The notes: generated by a model from the letters alone, not told the origin. A DNA stretch of 64,000 nucleotides from Octopus vulgaris (GCA_951406725.2 OX597826.1:21452001-21516000), one strand, 5' to 3'. Shown: positions 11,227 to 26,131, counted from the first letter of the stretch. Made by a program: numbers and translations.

Positions 11227-11423
11227 TAATCAGAAAATGGAGAAAACCTCAGATCAACAAGAACATCAATTGGACCACATTTATAGCTTGTTATTTAATA
11301 CAAAACATGGCATAACATTTATGTGACAAATGTTATATTGTGTTTTGTATTAAATAACAAGCTATAAATGTGGTCCAATTGATGTGCTTGTTGATCTGAG
11401 GTTTTCTCCATTTTCTGATTATT
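11224..11423. repeat. About 200-bp palindrome next to (TA)n
   Basis: aatcagaaaatggagaaaacctcagatcaacaag...cttgttgatctgaggttttctccattttctgatt. Confidence 0.85.
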
Positions 11424-11590
11424 TATATTTGTTTCCTGATAAACTTCTGTTCATTCTGTTGTTACCTGCACCCTTCAATCGTAGTGTGTCTGCATACCAA
11501 TGCCCAGAGATAATATGGGAAATGGATACTGATAGTATATATGGATATTTTATCCCTTAGTTGGTTATTATAACCACTAACTCTACTTTC

Positions 11591-11630
<40 letters not shown>

Positions 11631-11826
11631 TTTTAAAGGTCCATGCTTCAAAACAATTGTTATTAGTAGGGTGGGTATATCATGATTCTTTATATAATTG
11701 TCGAAATCTTATGATAACCAAGTTACCAAATGGTTTATGCCAGAAAAGGAGAGACAAATACAGCAATCAACAGAAATCTCTGATGGTTGCTGGATTTGCA
11801 TCTCCTATTTTGGAATTGAGCCATTC

Positions 11827-11858
<32 letters not shown>

Positions 11859-11869
11859 GAAGAAGAAGA

Positions 11870-12110
11870 AGAAATCCCTGCAAGAAGTGCAAAAGATTGT
11901 CTTAACTGGTACATCACACGTATTGAGAAGAGTATTGTCGATGTGAGAACTATTACTACCCATGTATTTTAATTTAACTTAAAAAAAAAATGAACGAACT
12001 AGTGAGTTTAGTTTAATGGCCTACCAATGTATACTATGAGTTTCTTTGCCCTAGGAGTCGGGAAGACACTCGGCAAGAAATGGAAGCAAATTCGAAAGAA
12101 GGAAAAAAAA
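11870..12110 (+). mobile_element. 3' end of an R4/Dong-like non-LTR element between (AAT)n tracts
   Basis: SLQEVQKIVLTGTSHVLRRVLSM* is the typical C-terminus of this clade, followed by a 3' UTR and (AAT)n. Confidence 0.75.
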
Positions 12111-12139
12111 GATAATAATAATGATAATAATAATAATAA

Positions 12140-12780
12140 CAACGATCCATCCACAATAGATCATCTCGATCCATCCACATCAGATCATCTCCGGCCCCAG
12201 AAAAACTACGAATAAATTATATGATAGCGGTATTATTCAACCCAAGAATAACAATCGGGAAGTACGTACTTTAAATTTGTTACGCAAGAAGTACGAAAAA
12301 CTACACGTGCAAAACAATCTGACAACAGAAGTGAACAGACTGGTACCCGACGAAAATGACAACCGTCAAACTAATGGGCCAGACGTTGTTCCTCATGTCC
12401 CGCAAATAAAACCAAAAAGGCATAAATGGACACGTGAGGAATACATTTCTATCCTACATGCTTACTTTACAGCAGTGCTCTACCCAAAGAACGAAAACAC
12501 AACAACATATACATATAAAACATGGAAGAAAAATAACATAAACAAAGACTTGGATTCAGACAAATACAAAACAAAAACACCAGGACTTACAAACACATAT
12601 AACATACAGAAAATTGCACTACTAGGCACTGCACACATCCTATGCAGAACACTTTCAATACAGTAACCATCAGAGCATCACAACAAATCACAGCACATAC
12701 AAATCACAGTACAACAAATCACAGCACACAGAGCTGCGCTCGGTAGTGAAGTGAAAGCAAGTTATAAAATTAAAACTACT
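12140..12780 (+). mobile_element. Internally deleted R4/Dong-like element
   Basis: N-terminal RHKWTREEYISILHAYF is fused in frame to C-terminal IQKIALLGTAHILCRTLSIQ*. Flanked by (AAT)n. Confidence 0.7.
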
Positions 12781-12788
12781 GAATGATG

Positions 12789-12819
<31 letters not shown>

Positions 12820-12830
12820 TAATAATAATG

Positions 12831-12886
<56 letters not shown>

Positions 12887-13139
12887 CAATAATAATGATT
12901 AAAAAAATAATAAAAAAGAACAACTGTCAACACCATCAATAACCTCGCACATCATCAGCACATTCTACTACAAATGGTTCCGTACCACTTCCTCATTTAA
13001 AGTAGGAGTAAGTCTTCCACTGAAGAGAGCAGAGTAGTAATGATCATGATGTCTTAACCATAATCATCATAATTTCCACTATATATGGCCACATGTATAA
13101 GCAAGAGTACGATACAGCTAATTACCGTTGTCAGTTACT

Positions 13140-14545
13140 CATCAATAAGATGATCTTGGAAGATTGTCACAGATGCCACCAAAACTTGTCCGATAGCCTA
13201 GGTAAACTATAAAAATGTTTTTGATAGTCTACCACATAGCTGGATTAAGAAATGTCTGGAAATGTATAAAATAGCACCTACTCTGCGAAACTTCTTGTTT
13301 GTAAATATGAGATCATGGAGAACTACACTGACTATGAACAATGAATTTCTCAATGCTGGAGATGTAAGAATTTCATGTGGCATTTTCCAGGGTGACTCTC
13401 TATCCCCACTCCTCTTTTGTCTAGCCGTAATGCCTCTCTTGAAATTGCTCAAATATGTACAATATAGCTATAAAATGTTTGACAAAAATATAAATCATCT
13501 CATTTACATGGATGATTTAAAGCTCTTTACAAAAAATGACCAACAACTCAAGGGCTTACTAGCGATTGTTAAACAATTCAGTGATGACATCAGAATGCAA
13601 TTTTGCCTCGATAAATGTGCAAAAGCTACCTTTATCAAAGGAAAAATGACAGAAATATCCAACATTATCTTGACCAGCAGAATGCCATAAAGGAGTTAGA
13701 ACCAGTGGAGAGCTACAAATACCTAGAGGTATTTGAAGGGGACGGAATCAAACATCCAGTGATGAGGGAAAGGATCAGGAGAGAATGTTATCGCAGGGTA
13801 AGGGCAATACTCAAGACAGAGCTAAATGCAAGAAACAGGCTCGAAGCGATTGGTACTTTAGCCATACCAGTCGTGACTTATAGTTTCAATATCGTTAACT
13901 GGTCAATTACTGCAATATGTAATCTTGACAGAAAAATACGAAAACTGTTGACAATGCATAGAATGCACCACCCTAAGGCAGATACAGAACGGCTTTATCT
14001 GCCAAGAAAAGAGGGAGGCCGTGGACTTTTACAACTGGCAATAACAATGAAGATTGCTACAATTGGCCTAGACACCTACCTGAAAAACTCTGAGGACTGG
14101 CTGTTAAAACTTGTCTCAAAACATGAAACAAGAAAGCATCATACTCAGTAACAAAACAGGCAAAGGAATATCTAAGTGAATTCCGAATACAACAAATTTC
14201 GGAATTAGACATACAAGAAACAAGCACAGAAAAAGCTAAGTGCATGAAAACCTGTGCTAAAACTGCTGCCTTAGATACTCTGATTAATAAATGGTAAGAA
14301 AAACCTCTCAATGGCAAATACTCAAAGGGAGCGAATAATGCAGATGTTGACAAAGCCCTTACCCATCAATGGTTAGTGTCTTCTGGTTTAAAATCAGAAA
14401 CAGAAGGATTTATCATAGCAGCCTAAGATCAATGCCTACCTAAAAGGAACTACCAGACCAACATATTAAAGATCAGCAGTGGCCCAACACGAAATGAAAC
14501 CAATGATCATGTTGTCTCCATGTGCAGTCTTCTTGCACCTACAGA
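13140..14545 (+). mobile_element. R4/Dong-like RT fragment (pseudogenised)
   Basis: GIFQGDSLSPLLFCLA, HLIYMDDLKLF and ERLYLPRKEGGRGL, with frameshifts and stops. Confidence 0.9.
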
Positions 14546-14770
14546 GAGAGAAGACGATAAAGGTTTGGACATGTGATGCATATGAATGAAGGTAGCAGTA
14601 TAAAGAAGTGCCAGTCACTTTAGGTGAATGGAACCTACCAAAGAAAGAGACCCAAGAAGACATGGGATGAAATAGTGAGGGCTGATTTCAAGATGTTGAG
14701 CCTAATAGAAGGAGATGGCAATTGACTGAGATGTTTAGTGATATGAGGTTCTTGAGAAGACCCAACCACC
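14545..14770 (+). mobile_element. Degenerate RTE 3' fragment
   Basis: Resembles ...RPKKTWDEIVRADFKMLSL... of the RTE C-terminus. Confidence 0.6.
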
Positions 14771-15668
14771 TCAGTGATATAGAGTTCCAGAAGAGGTGTG
14801 TATTATGTGCTTTCCACCCATACAGTAAATTAATTCATCTCCCACCACCACCACCACCATCACCATTCCCCAATGAACCAAACTACATCCCATCATGCAC
14901 TACTCTAGTCTTTCCACCCTCTCCACCTGCAACCCAATGTCCCTTTGTCATCTCTCTCTCGTTCTTCCTCTGCAACTGTATCATTGCTATCCTGCCACTC
15001 CCCCTATAGATTTGTGTTCCCCACTCATTGCATTCCTCTTCTCCCCCTCCACTCTCACTCTCTATTTCTACTCTTGTGAACTTCCCACTCACCCATCCTC
15101 ACCAATCTTCTGTACCACTCCACCTACATTCACCTCCTTGTACCTTGAAGGTATGCTCTAGTATATTACCACCATCCCCCCTCTCTCACTTTCTATCTCT
15201 CTCTCTCTCTGTTTGACTGGGGGTAGTCATGTACTCCATGAATCGCCTTTATTACAAGAAATGTTCCTGTCCCACCATCATGCTTCATCATCTCATCATC
15301 TGGCACAAAGCCACCTGCCTCAATCAATACCACTTCCTCACCTCCCAATCTTTCAGTCTTGCAAGTTACCTGATGTCCCTAACAGTGCTGGTGCCACATA
15401 AAAAGCACTCAATATACCCTGTTGATTGGTTGGGGTTAGAAAGGGTATCAAGCCATAGAAAACTATATCTAAACAGACAGCAGAGCTTGGAGCAGTCTAC
15501 TGGTTTATCAGCTCCTATCAAGCCATTCACCTAATGCCAGCATGGGAAAAGGGCATTAAATAATGATCATGGAGATGGTGACGGTGATGAATGATGCCTA
15601 TGATATATATATACACATATATAAATACATATATATATCACACATGCATACATACATACATACATACA

Positions 15669-15700
<32 letters not shown>

Positions 15701-15769
15701 AGCCAATTACTGATTTAGTAAGAGATTGCTACTAAATACCTAATAAACAAGAGGCAGTGAAAAGTGTTG

Positions 15770-17935
15770 CTCAAGGAGCTGCCTTCCAAGTCTTCTGATG
15801 TTATGATGTTATATGCAAACTTGGTCAAGGTATGCACTTTGACACTTGGTGGTTTAAAAGATGTTGTCGAAGGGATAGAATACGACATTCAAAGGCATCT
15901 TGGATTGATCTTAAGCTTCTGCCACCATTTTTAAGTAGAGGTGGTCTACGTCACCGTTGATGGGAAAATTATGTGTGTTTGTTAGTATTTTCCAGGTTTT
16001 CACATTAATGACTTGGATCTCATCAAGCGTCCAATCAAGCAGCCCAAATGTTGGTATGAGTACTGGCACTGCAAACACATTGTGGGCCACTGTCTTATTG
16101 AATGAGAGAGTTCTGAGGCACAAATTTCCTTTATTCGGCTGTAATATTCTTTAGTGACATGTGTTTTGTTACAAGTGCTATTGTAAGATATGTTTTCATC
16201 CATCCCCAGATACCTGTAACATTCCTCATCAGATATAGGGGAAACAGTCAAATCATTGATGGAGATGTTGCTAGTCTGGTTTACAGTTTTCTCCCCATTT
16301 CACAACCATATAACAACATTTATCCTGACCAAACTCCAACCCTACATCCTTTGAGAATGTTGTAACTAGGTCAAGGCTCTTTTTCATCTCATGCATATTC
16401 TTGGCATAAAGTTTCAAGGCATCCATAAAGAAACAGTGTGTAATTTTGGTATTTCTGTTTCCTTGTGAACCAGTGAGACATCCTTCGGACTTCCTTAACG
16501 TGAATGACAAGGGGTTTACAGAAAGGATAAACAACATCACAGAGAGGCTGTCTCCTTGGAATATTCCTTTGCGATACTGCATTCTATCAGTAATAATACA
16601 GTCACTCTTTGTGTTTAATTTCAAGATGGTGGCCCACAATGAAATCAGGTCAGCTATGGCTTTGACTATGCTCACTGGAACTTTAGTAAGTTGAAAGGCT
16701 TCTAGCATTCATGAGTGGGGAACAGAGTCAAAGGCTTTCTTGTAGTCTAGCCACATTGAAACTGGGTTCCTCCTATGCTCTTGCACCTCTGACATCCCAG
16801 TTTTGTTGATTAATAATTACTTGGCACATCCCCAGACTCCCTTCCTCTTAGCCGTTTGTTCTGCTGTGATTGGTTTCACAATGGCCCTGGGGGAAGAGGT
16901 TTAAACATGCTGTATATATCTTATACTTTAATTTCTGGTATGCAATTGGCCGGTAGATTTTTGTCATGTGGGTGGTTCTGCATTTGGGGATAAATTTTGT
17001 CTCTGCCAGAGCTAACCAGTGTGGTATGCTACTGTTCCCAATTAAAGCTTGCTGCTACAGATTGTTAGCATATGGTTGGTAAGTTAGCATCTTGTTCCAA
17101 TATCCAATAACCAAGTCTCTTCTAGATGCTTTTCCATCCTGAAGTTTCTGGATCACAGTTACAAGGGTATCATCATCAATGTTGTATTTTTGGGTGTAAT
17201 GCAGAGGCAATAACTTCTTCAGATTTATTCCAGCCACATAACAACTTGATTAAACTCCTTTTCTTCACTCCAGGTTTTTTTCTCCAGAAGGTGTCTATGT
17301 CTTCTTGTGAAGGAGCTTCTGTGATGGTCACTGTTCCTCCTCTCATGTCTCTGTATACTGCTACCTGGTTCTGGTTAAATTTTTTGCTTATTGTACTTCT
17401 CTTGTTTATTCTCTTCTGATGTCGGAGTTTTTCTCACTAAGAGCTTTTAGCTCCTGCTTGAGGATAATCAGTTTGCAAGTGAGTGTCCCCATTTTTGCTG
17501 TCTCCAAATATCATTTCTATCCCATTTGTTACTCTCTGTTGGTGGGACGTATAGTAATTTGCTTGTTTGCATGCAATAAGCATCATTACATGACTGATAG
17601 TCTTCTGTAAACCAGTTCTCTTTTTCTCTGTCTTCAAAACCCATGATGGTACTTTCTTTGTGGTTTTGGTTTTGTTCACTTTTGGAATGTCATTCATGTA
17701 CTGCTTTGCAGTCGTAGCCAGAGCATATAGACAGGCGTTAATCTGACAGTATGTGGGATCATCACACTGTTGTAAATACTTATCACCAATTTCGTTAACA
17801 GCTTTTAATACCGTATCTGGTGGGTTTATTTTTACTTACTTTGGTAGAGAATACTCTCTCTTTGAGAGAATCCTTCAAAGCCAAAGTTATTTTTTCTTGG
17901 AAACTTTCATTAAGGACATATTTCACTGGTATATA
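15770..17935 (-). mobile_element. Second R4/Dong-like element, degenerate
   Basis: VWLDYKKAFDSVP, KGIFQGDSLSVMLF, HCFFMDALKLY and YRYLGMDE, with many lesions. Next to the (CTA)n tract. Confidence 0.85.
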
Positions 17936-17940
17936 ATCCT

Positions 17941-17941
17941 G

Positions 17942-18027
<86 letters not shown>
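17941..18027. repeat. (CTA)n microsatellite
   Basis: Pure actact run. Confidence 0.98.
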
Positions 18028-18069
18028 AATAATCATTGCAGTTGTGCCTGCTATTTATCATAGTCATAG

Positions 18070-18670
18070 TAGGCGACGGTGGCATCGGCCACGTTTGGAT
18101 GGTGTTTTTTATGTGCCACCAGCATGGGTATCACAACTACAATTTCCATTTGATTTTTATTTTGATGTTGATGTACTTGACTAAATAGGTCTCCTCAAGC
18201 ACAGCAGGCCGTCCTGCAAGCCATGAACTCACTTCATTTATCGGGTCTTCGAATTCACAGCATATCTCCAGAGGTCTTGGTCTTTTGTCATTGCCCCTGT
18301 GAGGCCCAACGTTTGAAAGCCATGCTTAACCACCTCATCCCATGTCTTCCTGGGTTTAACTTTTCCCCGGATTCCTTCAACTTTTTGAAAGTGGCACTGA
18401 TAACAGATGCTATCCACTACTTCTAAGGATCCCTGCCAAGCATTTGAAGAAGTCTATTCTCTGCACATTCCTAGTGTTTATTGTAACCCCACATCTTCCG
18501 CACACAAAGGCTATTTTCTCTGTTATTCTTCCCATGATATTGCTGCACTTCCTATGTGTCCATAGCTTGCACTGGGTACACTGTATAGGGTTCCTACCAA
18601 GAGCAGAGCCCTCTCCTAAAAGGAATTTGTGATTTGTCTGTTTTCCTACTCCCTACAACTAAAATTTGAC
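18070..18670 (-). mobile_element. Degenerate RTE 3' fragments
   Basis: Similar to 1250-1400 and 1880-2060 (CTQCKLWTHRKC) with deletions. Confidence 0.7.
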
Positions 18671-20826
18671 TAGAACAATGATGGACTGATTTGGTTAAGA
18701 AGAAAGAGAACTAGCTGATTGTCTGTTTTAAGAAAAAGGAAAAGGAAATGTTGGTAAAATGCTATAAAAATTTTAAAATTAAGAGTCCTACGCCATGGGA
18801 CAGGTTCTACAACATGTTTCTGTCCAGTTGAAATCCATAAATCCACATATATTTCAATGAGCCATGAGTGATGATGCAACAAACAGACTCGCTTTTGCAT
18901 GTATATTTTCACATAACTTAGAAAACCCAACTAAATTTCTTATTTAAGTTAATTGTTACAATTCTTTATCCTTTATTCTTTTGTCAATTATTCTAAAATA
19001 TTGGTATCATATTTTCACAGTCTTTTCTGCTTCAGAAAAAAACGTCTGACGTATACTTTGACTAAACAAGATCAAAACGTGTTGGCTGTCAGCTCATATT
19101 ACTGAAGAAGGGCCTTACATTGTTGATATGCTATGGGAAGCATAACATACTGGCTTGTCGTTTTGTCAAAAGAAAACTTTTCAGACATTTTGCTAGAGAG
19201 ACAACGGCACACCTCTTTCTTCTTGTTCATTTTACCAAAAGTTATTAAAGTAACTTTTGTTTCTTCTTTACTGAATACCTATTTAGCTGGAGAAAAAGAA
19301 TTCACCTTCCTATTGACCTTTCATTTTTTGAATATATTTTCTTTTGTTTGAAATATGACGTGATCTTAATTGCAAGATTGTCGCTAGCTGGACGACGCCA
19401 TGTTTCTTGAAAGTTAGATAATATACTTTGAATAAGCATTCCCTGTTTCTGGAGATGCTATGAGACAACTCAGTGGTTTTCTTTTGTCCACAGAAGTAAT
19501 TCAACTGGTTTCCTTGAAGGGGCACTAAAGATATTCAACAGTCTGACAACTAGCATTGCAAAGAATATTTCACTCAAATTTGTCAGTAGGCCTATAATTT
19601 CTATTGGGAACCACCAGGACCATTTTAATTGTTCCCAAAATTCTTCAGAAATCACCAGGCCTTTTCCAAAACTAAGTTTCAGCAGAATAAATACAAATAA
19701 CTTTTCTTACTGAGCCTATAGTTTAAATTTATTGATATTAATTGTGAAGTGGTAGCTCCAAACACAAGTTCCAAATGTTTGGTAGGCACCATATTCTTGC
19801 CAAAAGAAGCTATACTCATGCTTTGACTGTTGTTGTTATTGCAAATGTGGTTATGACCCCTTACTTCATGTGTCATTATCTCATGATCCCCTTATTTCCT
19901 GAGATAATAAATATGGTGTGAGAGGGACCTTAGCACAGTCTTTTCAATACCAAGTTATTACAATTTGTATTTTTAACTTGAGATGGAGAGAATCTTTTAC
20001 CATCATGCATTAATGCCAAGTTGAGGAATTGCTAAACTTTCAGCACCAAACTTTGAGACAATCCTTCAGAGACATAAGTTATTCAGTTCCCTTTCTTCAC
20101 TCTAAGAAATAGACTTTGAGTTTTCAACTTTTCTCAGTTGAAGAAATCTTAGTTTAGGAGAACTGGATAAAAGAGCTTTGTGCTTGACATTCTGGAAGTA
20201 ATAACTCAGATGACAGAAAACAAATGCCTTTTACTGATGGAACATGACTTCTTGTTCTAAATATTCTCGGAATCCATCCTTACATGCAATCGACTCACTG
20301 TAGCCATTAATTATTAAAAATCCCAATGTTCCTGTAGCCCGATTCTAGGATTACAATCCTGAATATTTGAGCAGAATATTTGAGAGATGATAGTGAAGTT
20401 GTTTACCATTATTGCATGTTGTTGGCATCTACTGAGCTTTTGATGGTATTGAAGTCTTCACAACATTAGAATTCTTCATTACATTTCATGTTTTAGAATC
20501 TTCAGAACAGCTAAAGAGATAACAAGGAATATGACTACGAAGACTAATGCCAAAGAATAATGGTTGAAGCCCTTGTTCAGTCATTGTTAATCAAGAAGAA
20601 CTATTATCAAAGATACGTCAGCCATAGCCATCCCATCTTTACCTCCATACAGAGAAGCCAGGATCCCAATATACATGTCATTTTCTAAGATAGTAGAGTG
20701 CGATTTGAGGAAGTTTTGGCTGCTATTTTTAACAAGTTGAACAACCATGTAGAGGCTCTTTCATTGACTCAGCTATTAATTATAGTGACGTCATGTGCTG
20801 GTGTTTTGTGTCTGTTCATGTTGTAG

Positions 20827-20900
20827 TCAACTGCCGCATTCTTCTTTACAAGTTTAAAAAATGGTTTTCTTGCTCTCCTGCTTCTACAACTTGTCTTTTG
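20827..20900 (+). CDS. Candidate upstream exon of the M12B metalloprotease (frame unresolved)
   Basis: ttgtag acceptor and TTG|gtaagg donor. One frame reads STAAFFFTSLKNGFLALLLLQLVF (signal-peptide-like). Another reads ..NCRILLYKFKKWFSCSPASTTCLL and joins the 23305 exon in phase 0. Confidence 0.4.
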
Positions 20901-21253
20901 GTAAGGAAAAATAACCTGAACCATGTCACTGTCAATATGCTGGGCTGGCATCTGTCAATCAAAAAAAAAAAAATCTTTGATATTCTGAAGTTTGTATGTC
21001 TGGAGGTCAAGAGTGTGTTGTGTCTTTGTGAAATTGCATCAAAATATTCTCTTTGTTCATTGTAAATTTGGGAGATAAATTCTTTGCCCATCTTGATAAT
21101 ATAATAAGTAGAGACAAGATGTTTAAAGTCTAGCCATACATACAAGGTTGGGGAAATATAGAAATATATAACTATACACATATATAATTCTATAAATATA
21201 TAACTATATGTATACATATATATATATATATATGTATACATATATATATATAT

Positions 21254-21304
<51 letters not shown>

Positions 21305-21404
21305 CTGTATATATGTGTGTGTGTAACTCTACAGAAATATTCTACTATAACTATAAATATCTATATGTATATATGTGTGTGTGTATATATATGTATATAT
21401 ATAA

Positions 21405-22250
21405 TCATCATCATTATCATCATTATCATTTAATGTCTGTGTTCCACGCTAGCATAAGTGGGATGGTACCACAAGAGCTGGCAAAGCCGAAGCCTGCACC
21501 TGACTTCTGTGATTGCTTTGGCAGGATTTTTACCCTTCCAAACACCAACTGCTTTACAATATGGACTGGGTGATTTTAAGTGGCATCTGCACTGACAGGG
21601 TCACCAAGTACTTGCAAGACAAAAACTTTTAAAGGGGGAGGAGGTATTGGAGGAGGTGATGATGAAAAGGTTAGAGTGAGACAGATACAGGTGCCTTGCT
21701 GAAGAGGAAGGATAAGGTTACCTGGCCAGGTAGAGAAAGATCAGGGATGAAGACGGAAACAGGTGTGCTACTGCAAAGAAAATACATGGTTGCCCAACTT
21801 GAGCAAAGTGCAGGAGAAAGAGAGAGAGAAAGAGTGGGAGACCGCAGGATGGAGAGGGTGGCAAAATGCCAGGCATGCTCACAAGGAACGGGGATCAGAA
21901 TATAGATGAGATGGTTGAGTAAAGGCAGTGAGACATAGTGGCAAGTGCCAGGGCATAACTAAGGTTCAAATGTCATAATATAAATGACAGGATATTGTGA
22001 AGGGAGTGCGAGTAAGTGGTGAAAGACCTGGGTATATATATATAGTGTTGAAGGGGCTACAGGATAACAATGATATAGAGAAACAGGGGTGTAAGGACAG
22101 GATTCGGGAGTGAGAATTAGGCAAAGAGAGCTAGGCATAGTGAATGCAGAAGAGATTGGTTTGTTGGGGTAGGGTGAGGAAAAAGTTTTCTTGTTACCTG
22201 TGGGTGGAACACCCAGGCCAGGAACTAGCAGATGAGAGAAGAGATTAGAA
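21405..22250 (-). mobile_element. Non-autonomous RTE-tailed element with a pyrimidine-rich body
   Basis: RTE-type 3' end at 21405-21560 plus a GA-rich body on the plus strand. Similar bodies at about 32145-32990, 14800-15560 (opposite orientation) and 63700-64000. Confidence 0.55.
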
Positions 22251-22485
22251 ATTTGCCATTATAATTTCCGTTTATCACCACAATGGCAATAATGGTTTCG
22301 AATTTTGGCTCAGGGCCAGCAGTTTTTGAGGGGAGGGGAAAGATGATTACATCGACCCTAGTATTTGAGTGGTACTTATTTTATCAACCCCAAGAGGAGG
22401 GAAGGCAGATCTGATCTCAATGAAATTTGGGTGCAGAATGTAAAGGTAGACAAAATGCTGCTAAATGTTTTGCCATCTCATTGCC

Positions 22486-22887
<402 letters not shown>

Positions 22888-23048
22888 AGGGGCTGCGATA
22901 AGAGTGGAGCACTTACAGAAAACAGCACTGCTTGGAGCCACTCGAATACTCCAGAAGGTGCTCAAAAATAAAAGGCGTTACCTTAGTTCACTGGTAGTGA
23001 ACAGCTGACACTGTTGTACATCTCCAGCGTTAGAAGCTGTACAAACGC

Positions 23049-23050
<2 letters not shown>
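22888..23050 (+). mobile_element. Short 3' tail of an R4/Dong-like element inside an (AAT)n array
   Basis: LQKTALLGATRILQKVL motif with (AAT)n on both sides. Confidence 0.7.
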
Positions 23051-23107
<57 letters not shown>

Positions 23108-23112
23108 TGATG

Positions 23113-23184
<72 letters not shown>

Positions 23185-23304
23185 GTAATGCCTGATGTGT
23201 GGTGGGGTGGAAGAACGCACGAATAAACCTGACCTCTGTACTTAATTAGTTTGTTTTATAACAATTTCCCAATGATGAAACATGCATTTGATCTTTGTTT
23301 TTAG

Positions 23305-23620
23305 GGAATAAAGTTATGGAATAAAAAACCAATTAGCAGTAATAATATTAGTGATGGAATATTCCAAGAATTTGAGAGCCAAGGCCAAAGTAAATCTGGT
23401 ATCAATGACAGTCTCAGAGAAACCTATTCTAAATCAATATCGCAGAATTTTAGACATTCAGAATTAGTTAAAACTCCACCTTTGGACAACACTGAACTGA
23501 AATATGGACAATTCCTCGACAGAAATAAATTAAATATTGAAAATATAAAACATGAAGATGAAGAAGAAGAAGAAAATGATCATCAATTTCCAAAATCACA
23601 AAGATTTAACAATATTGGAG
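23305..23620 (+). CDS. M12B metalloprotease exon A (N-terminal pro-region, acidic stretch)
   Basis: tttgtttttag| acceptor and G|gtaagt donor. 316 nt open: GIKLWNKKPISSNNISDG...HEDEEEEENDHQFPKSQRFNNIG. Its phase-1 end matches the next exon. Confidence 0.75.
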
Positions 23621-25387
23621 GTAAGTACAAAACCCTTAGTTTCTGTTGATGCCTGTGGAGACTAAGTTTGTCTTTGAATGAAGGAAACGTTTCTTAAGGT
23701 AGAAATCACTATTTTGTATGACCAGATTCCTCTTCATTACTTTCTCTTTTCCATTTGTAGACATTAAACAGTTGCTAAAAACTGTTTGACCTTCTCTACG
23801 TTCACTCTTTAATTTCAACTTTCCCAAATATTTCTCCTGCTGACTTTTACTCAAGCACAGAGAGAACCCCTCTCATATATTGCAGCAGACAATTAAACCC
23901 AAATCTTTAAAATGAGAAATTCTACTGCTTCAATAAATAAAAGGTCCATGATTTTTCCTAAGCAAAATTTATGATTTCCATCACTGCAGCTGAGAAATCA
24001 TTTCTTACAGCTTAAAATTTATGAAAATTGGAAGCAAGGAATCTCTTTCAAAGTTGTTCTCATGGAATGAGGTTAGAACAAACATTTTCCAGATTTAAGC
24101 CAAATGTTTTTTGAAGAATTCTCTGTTTTTGCATGTTGCAAATTTGACCTGTCTTGGATTTTGAATTTATGAGTATTCTTTCCCTCTTAAGAGATCATCA
24201 ACTGTCAAAGATGCTACCTGAGTTGACCCTGATATTAACCTTGGGGAAGTTGGATATCAAGGTCAAGAATGGTAACTTGTGGTAAAAGACCAACATTAAT
24301 TTGGGGCAAAATGTGTCAAAATTAGAGAAGAGTAAAATGGAAGAAGAAGAAGAAAATAATGTTAACATGTTTATTTAGTATGGCTATAATTGATAGGTCT
24401 ACAACATCCCTAATTTCTGCCGGCCTCTGGGAATTTTGTTCAGAGATTGTTGATTCTAGAATTGTTTATCTTGCTCTGACAACCACCCAAGACATGTTGT
24501 TCCAATGTTCAGTTAAATACAAAGAAAACATCAAGTGTTCCTCCATAATTTAGTTTTTGCTGTAAAAGAATCCGTTTTTATCCACTCAGGGGATTTTATC
24601 CTTTCTTCTCTTTTTCTTTTTATTTCTTGTCATAAAGCATTCAAGTTTCAGGAGGACATATTTTAGACAAATGACCTCCCTTATGATAATGTGTAACACT
24701 AATTACTCATTAGCATAATGACTAATTACCATAACTTATTACCACATTTAACAAATGGCTACACTTTACTGTTTTTGATGTAAAGGGACCTAACTCAATA
24801 TACTTGTGTACATAAGGCACACCCTCATCCCACGTGCACACACATGCACACACATATACACACACATACACACACACACATGCACATACATATACCCACA
24901 CCATATGTGAACTTGGACAAGCCCATGCGTCATATTTGTCTAACCTATGCCAGCATAGAAAATGGATGTTAAATGATGATGATGATGATAAATGCACAAC
25001 CATACACACACAAACACACATAAACACACGCACAAACACACATACACACAAACACACATACACGCACGTATACACACACAAACACACAAACATACATACA
25101 CACAAACACACATACACACACATACACGCACGCACACAAACAAACATACATACACACACATACACACACACACAAGCACACACACTCACACACAAACACA
25201 CACACACACATGCACACACACACACAAACGCACACACAATAACATGCTTATATAATCCTTTGTGCCATGTTTCTCTGGTCCGTAGACATCATGAAACTTA
25301 TTTCCCACAAACAAACAAGTTGTGAATGTTTTCATGCCATTATTTTGTTTCCATTTTCCTTTGAAATTTTGTGAATTTATTTTCCAG

Positions 25388-25590
25388 ATTACGAAGTGCA
25401 CAAAACTGAAGTATTCGTTGATGGGGACCCACTGACGTCAGACCAGTTGACAATGACATTACTCTCCAACATCAGCAATATTAATGTCACCTTGCAGCGC
25501 AGTCCTTCATCCATTCTTATGGAAGATATGGACTTAATGCAGCTATTTTTCAAGAGAGGAAAGCTAAAGATTGAAAAGGAACAGCTACCT
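25388..25590 (+). CDS. M12B metalloprotease exon B (prodomain)
   Basis: ttttccag| ... CCT|gtaagt. Reads DYEVHKTEVFVDGDPLTSDQLTMTLLSNISNINVTLQRS...KIEKEQLP; phase 1 to 0. Confidence 0.85.
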
Positions 25591-25783
25591 GTAAGTGAGT
25601 TTTTGTCCCTCTCCAGCATTAAAAAAGCCATATATATTTTCCTTCCACATCTGCCATCTCTGAAGACCATGCAGTATTGCTTAACCATGTTGCTATCTAA
25701 TATCTGATTTAAGTTCCCTGTGCAAAACTGATTTGGTAAGATCAACTGTAATGGATCAATAAATACTGTATACTTTGATTAAC

Positions 25784-25832
<49 letters not shown>

Positions 25833-26131
25833 CACACACACACATATATATAAATGAATTAAAAGCAGCTTTGATAATGTAAACATTACCAGTTGCAGTC
25901 TCCGTGTTTTGTTTATATGCCAATTTGCTGTGGGGTAGTATCCTAGGAAAGCACCCTACACAATATTGAGTGTCAACAGATGGTGTCGTATATGGAGCTT
26001 TCCCAGGACACTATCCTGCAACAAATTGGTATATAAGCAAAACACACACACACTATGTATGTGCAGCCTATAATGTGTGTACACACACACACACGCGTGC
26101 GCGCGCACACACACACACACACACACACGCA

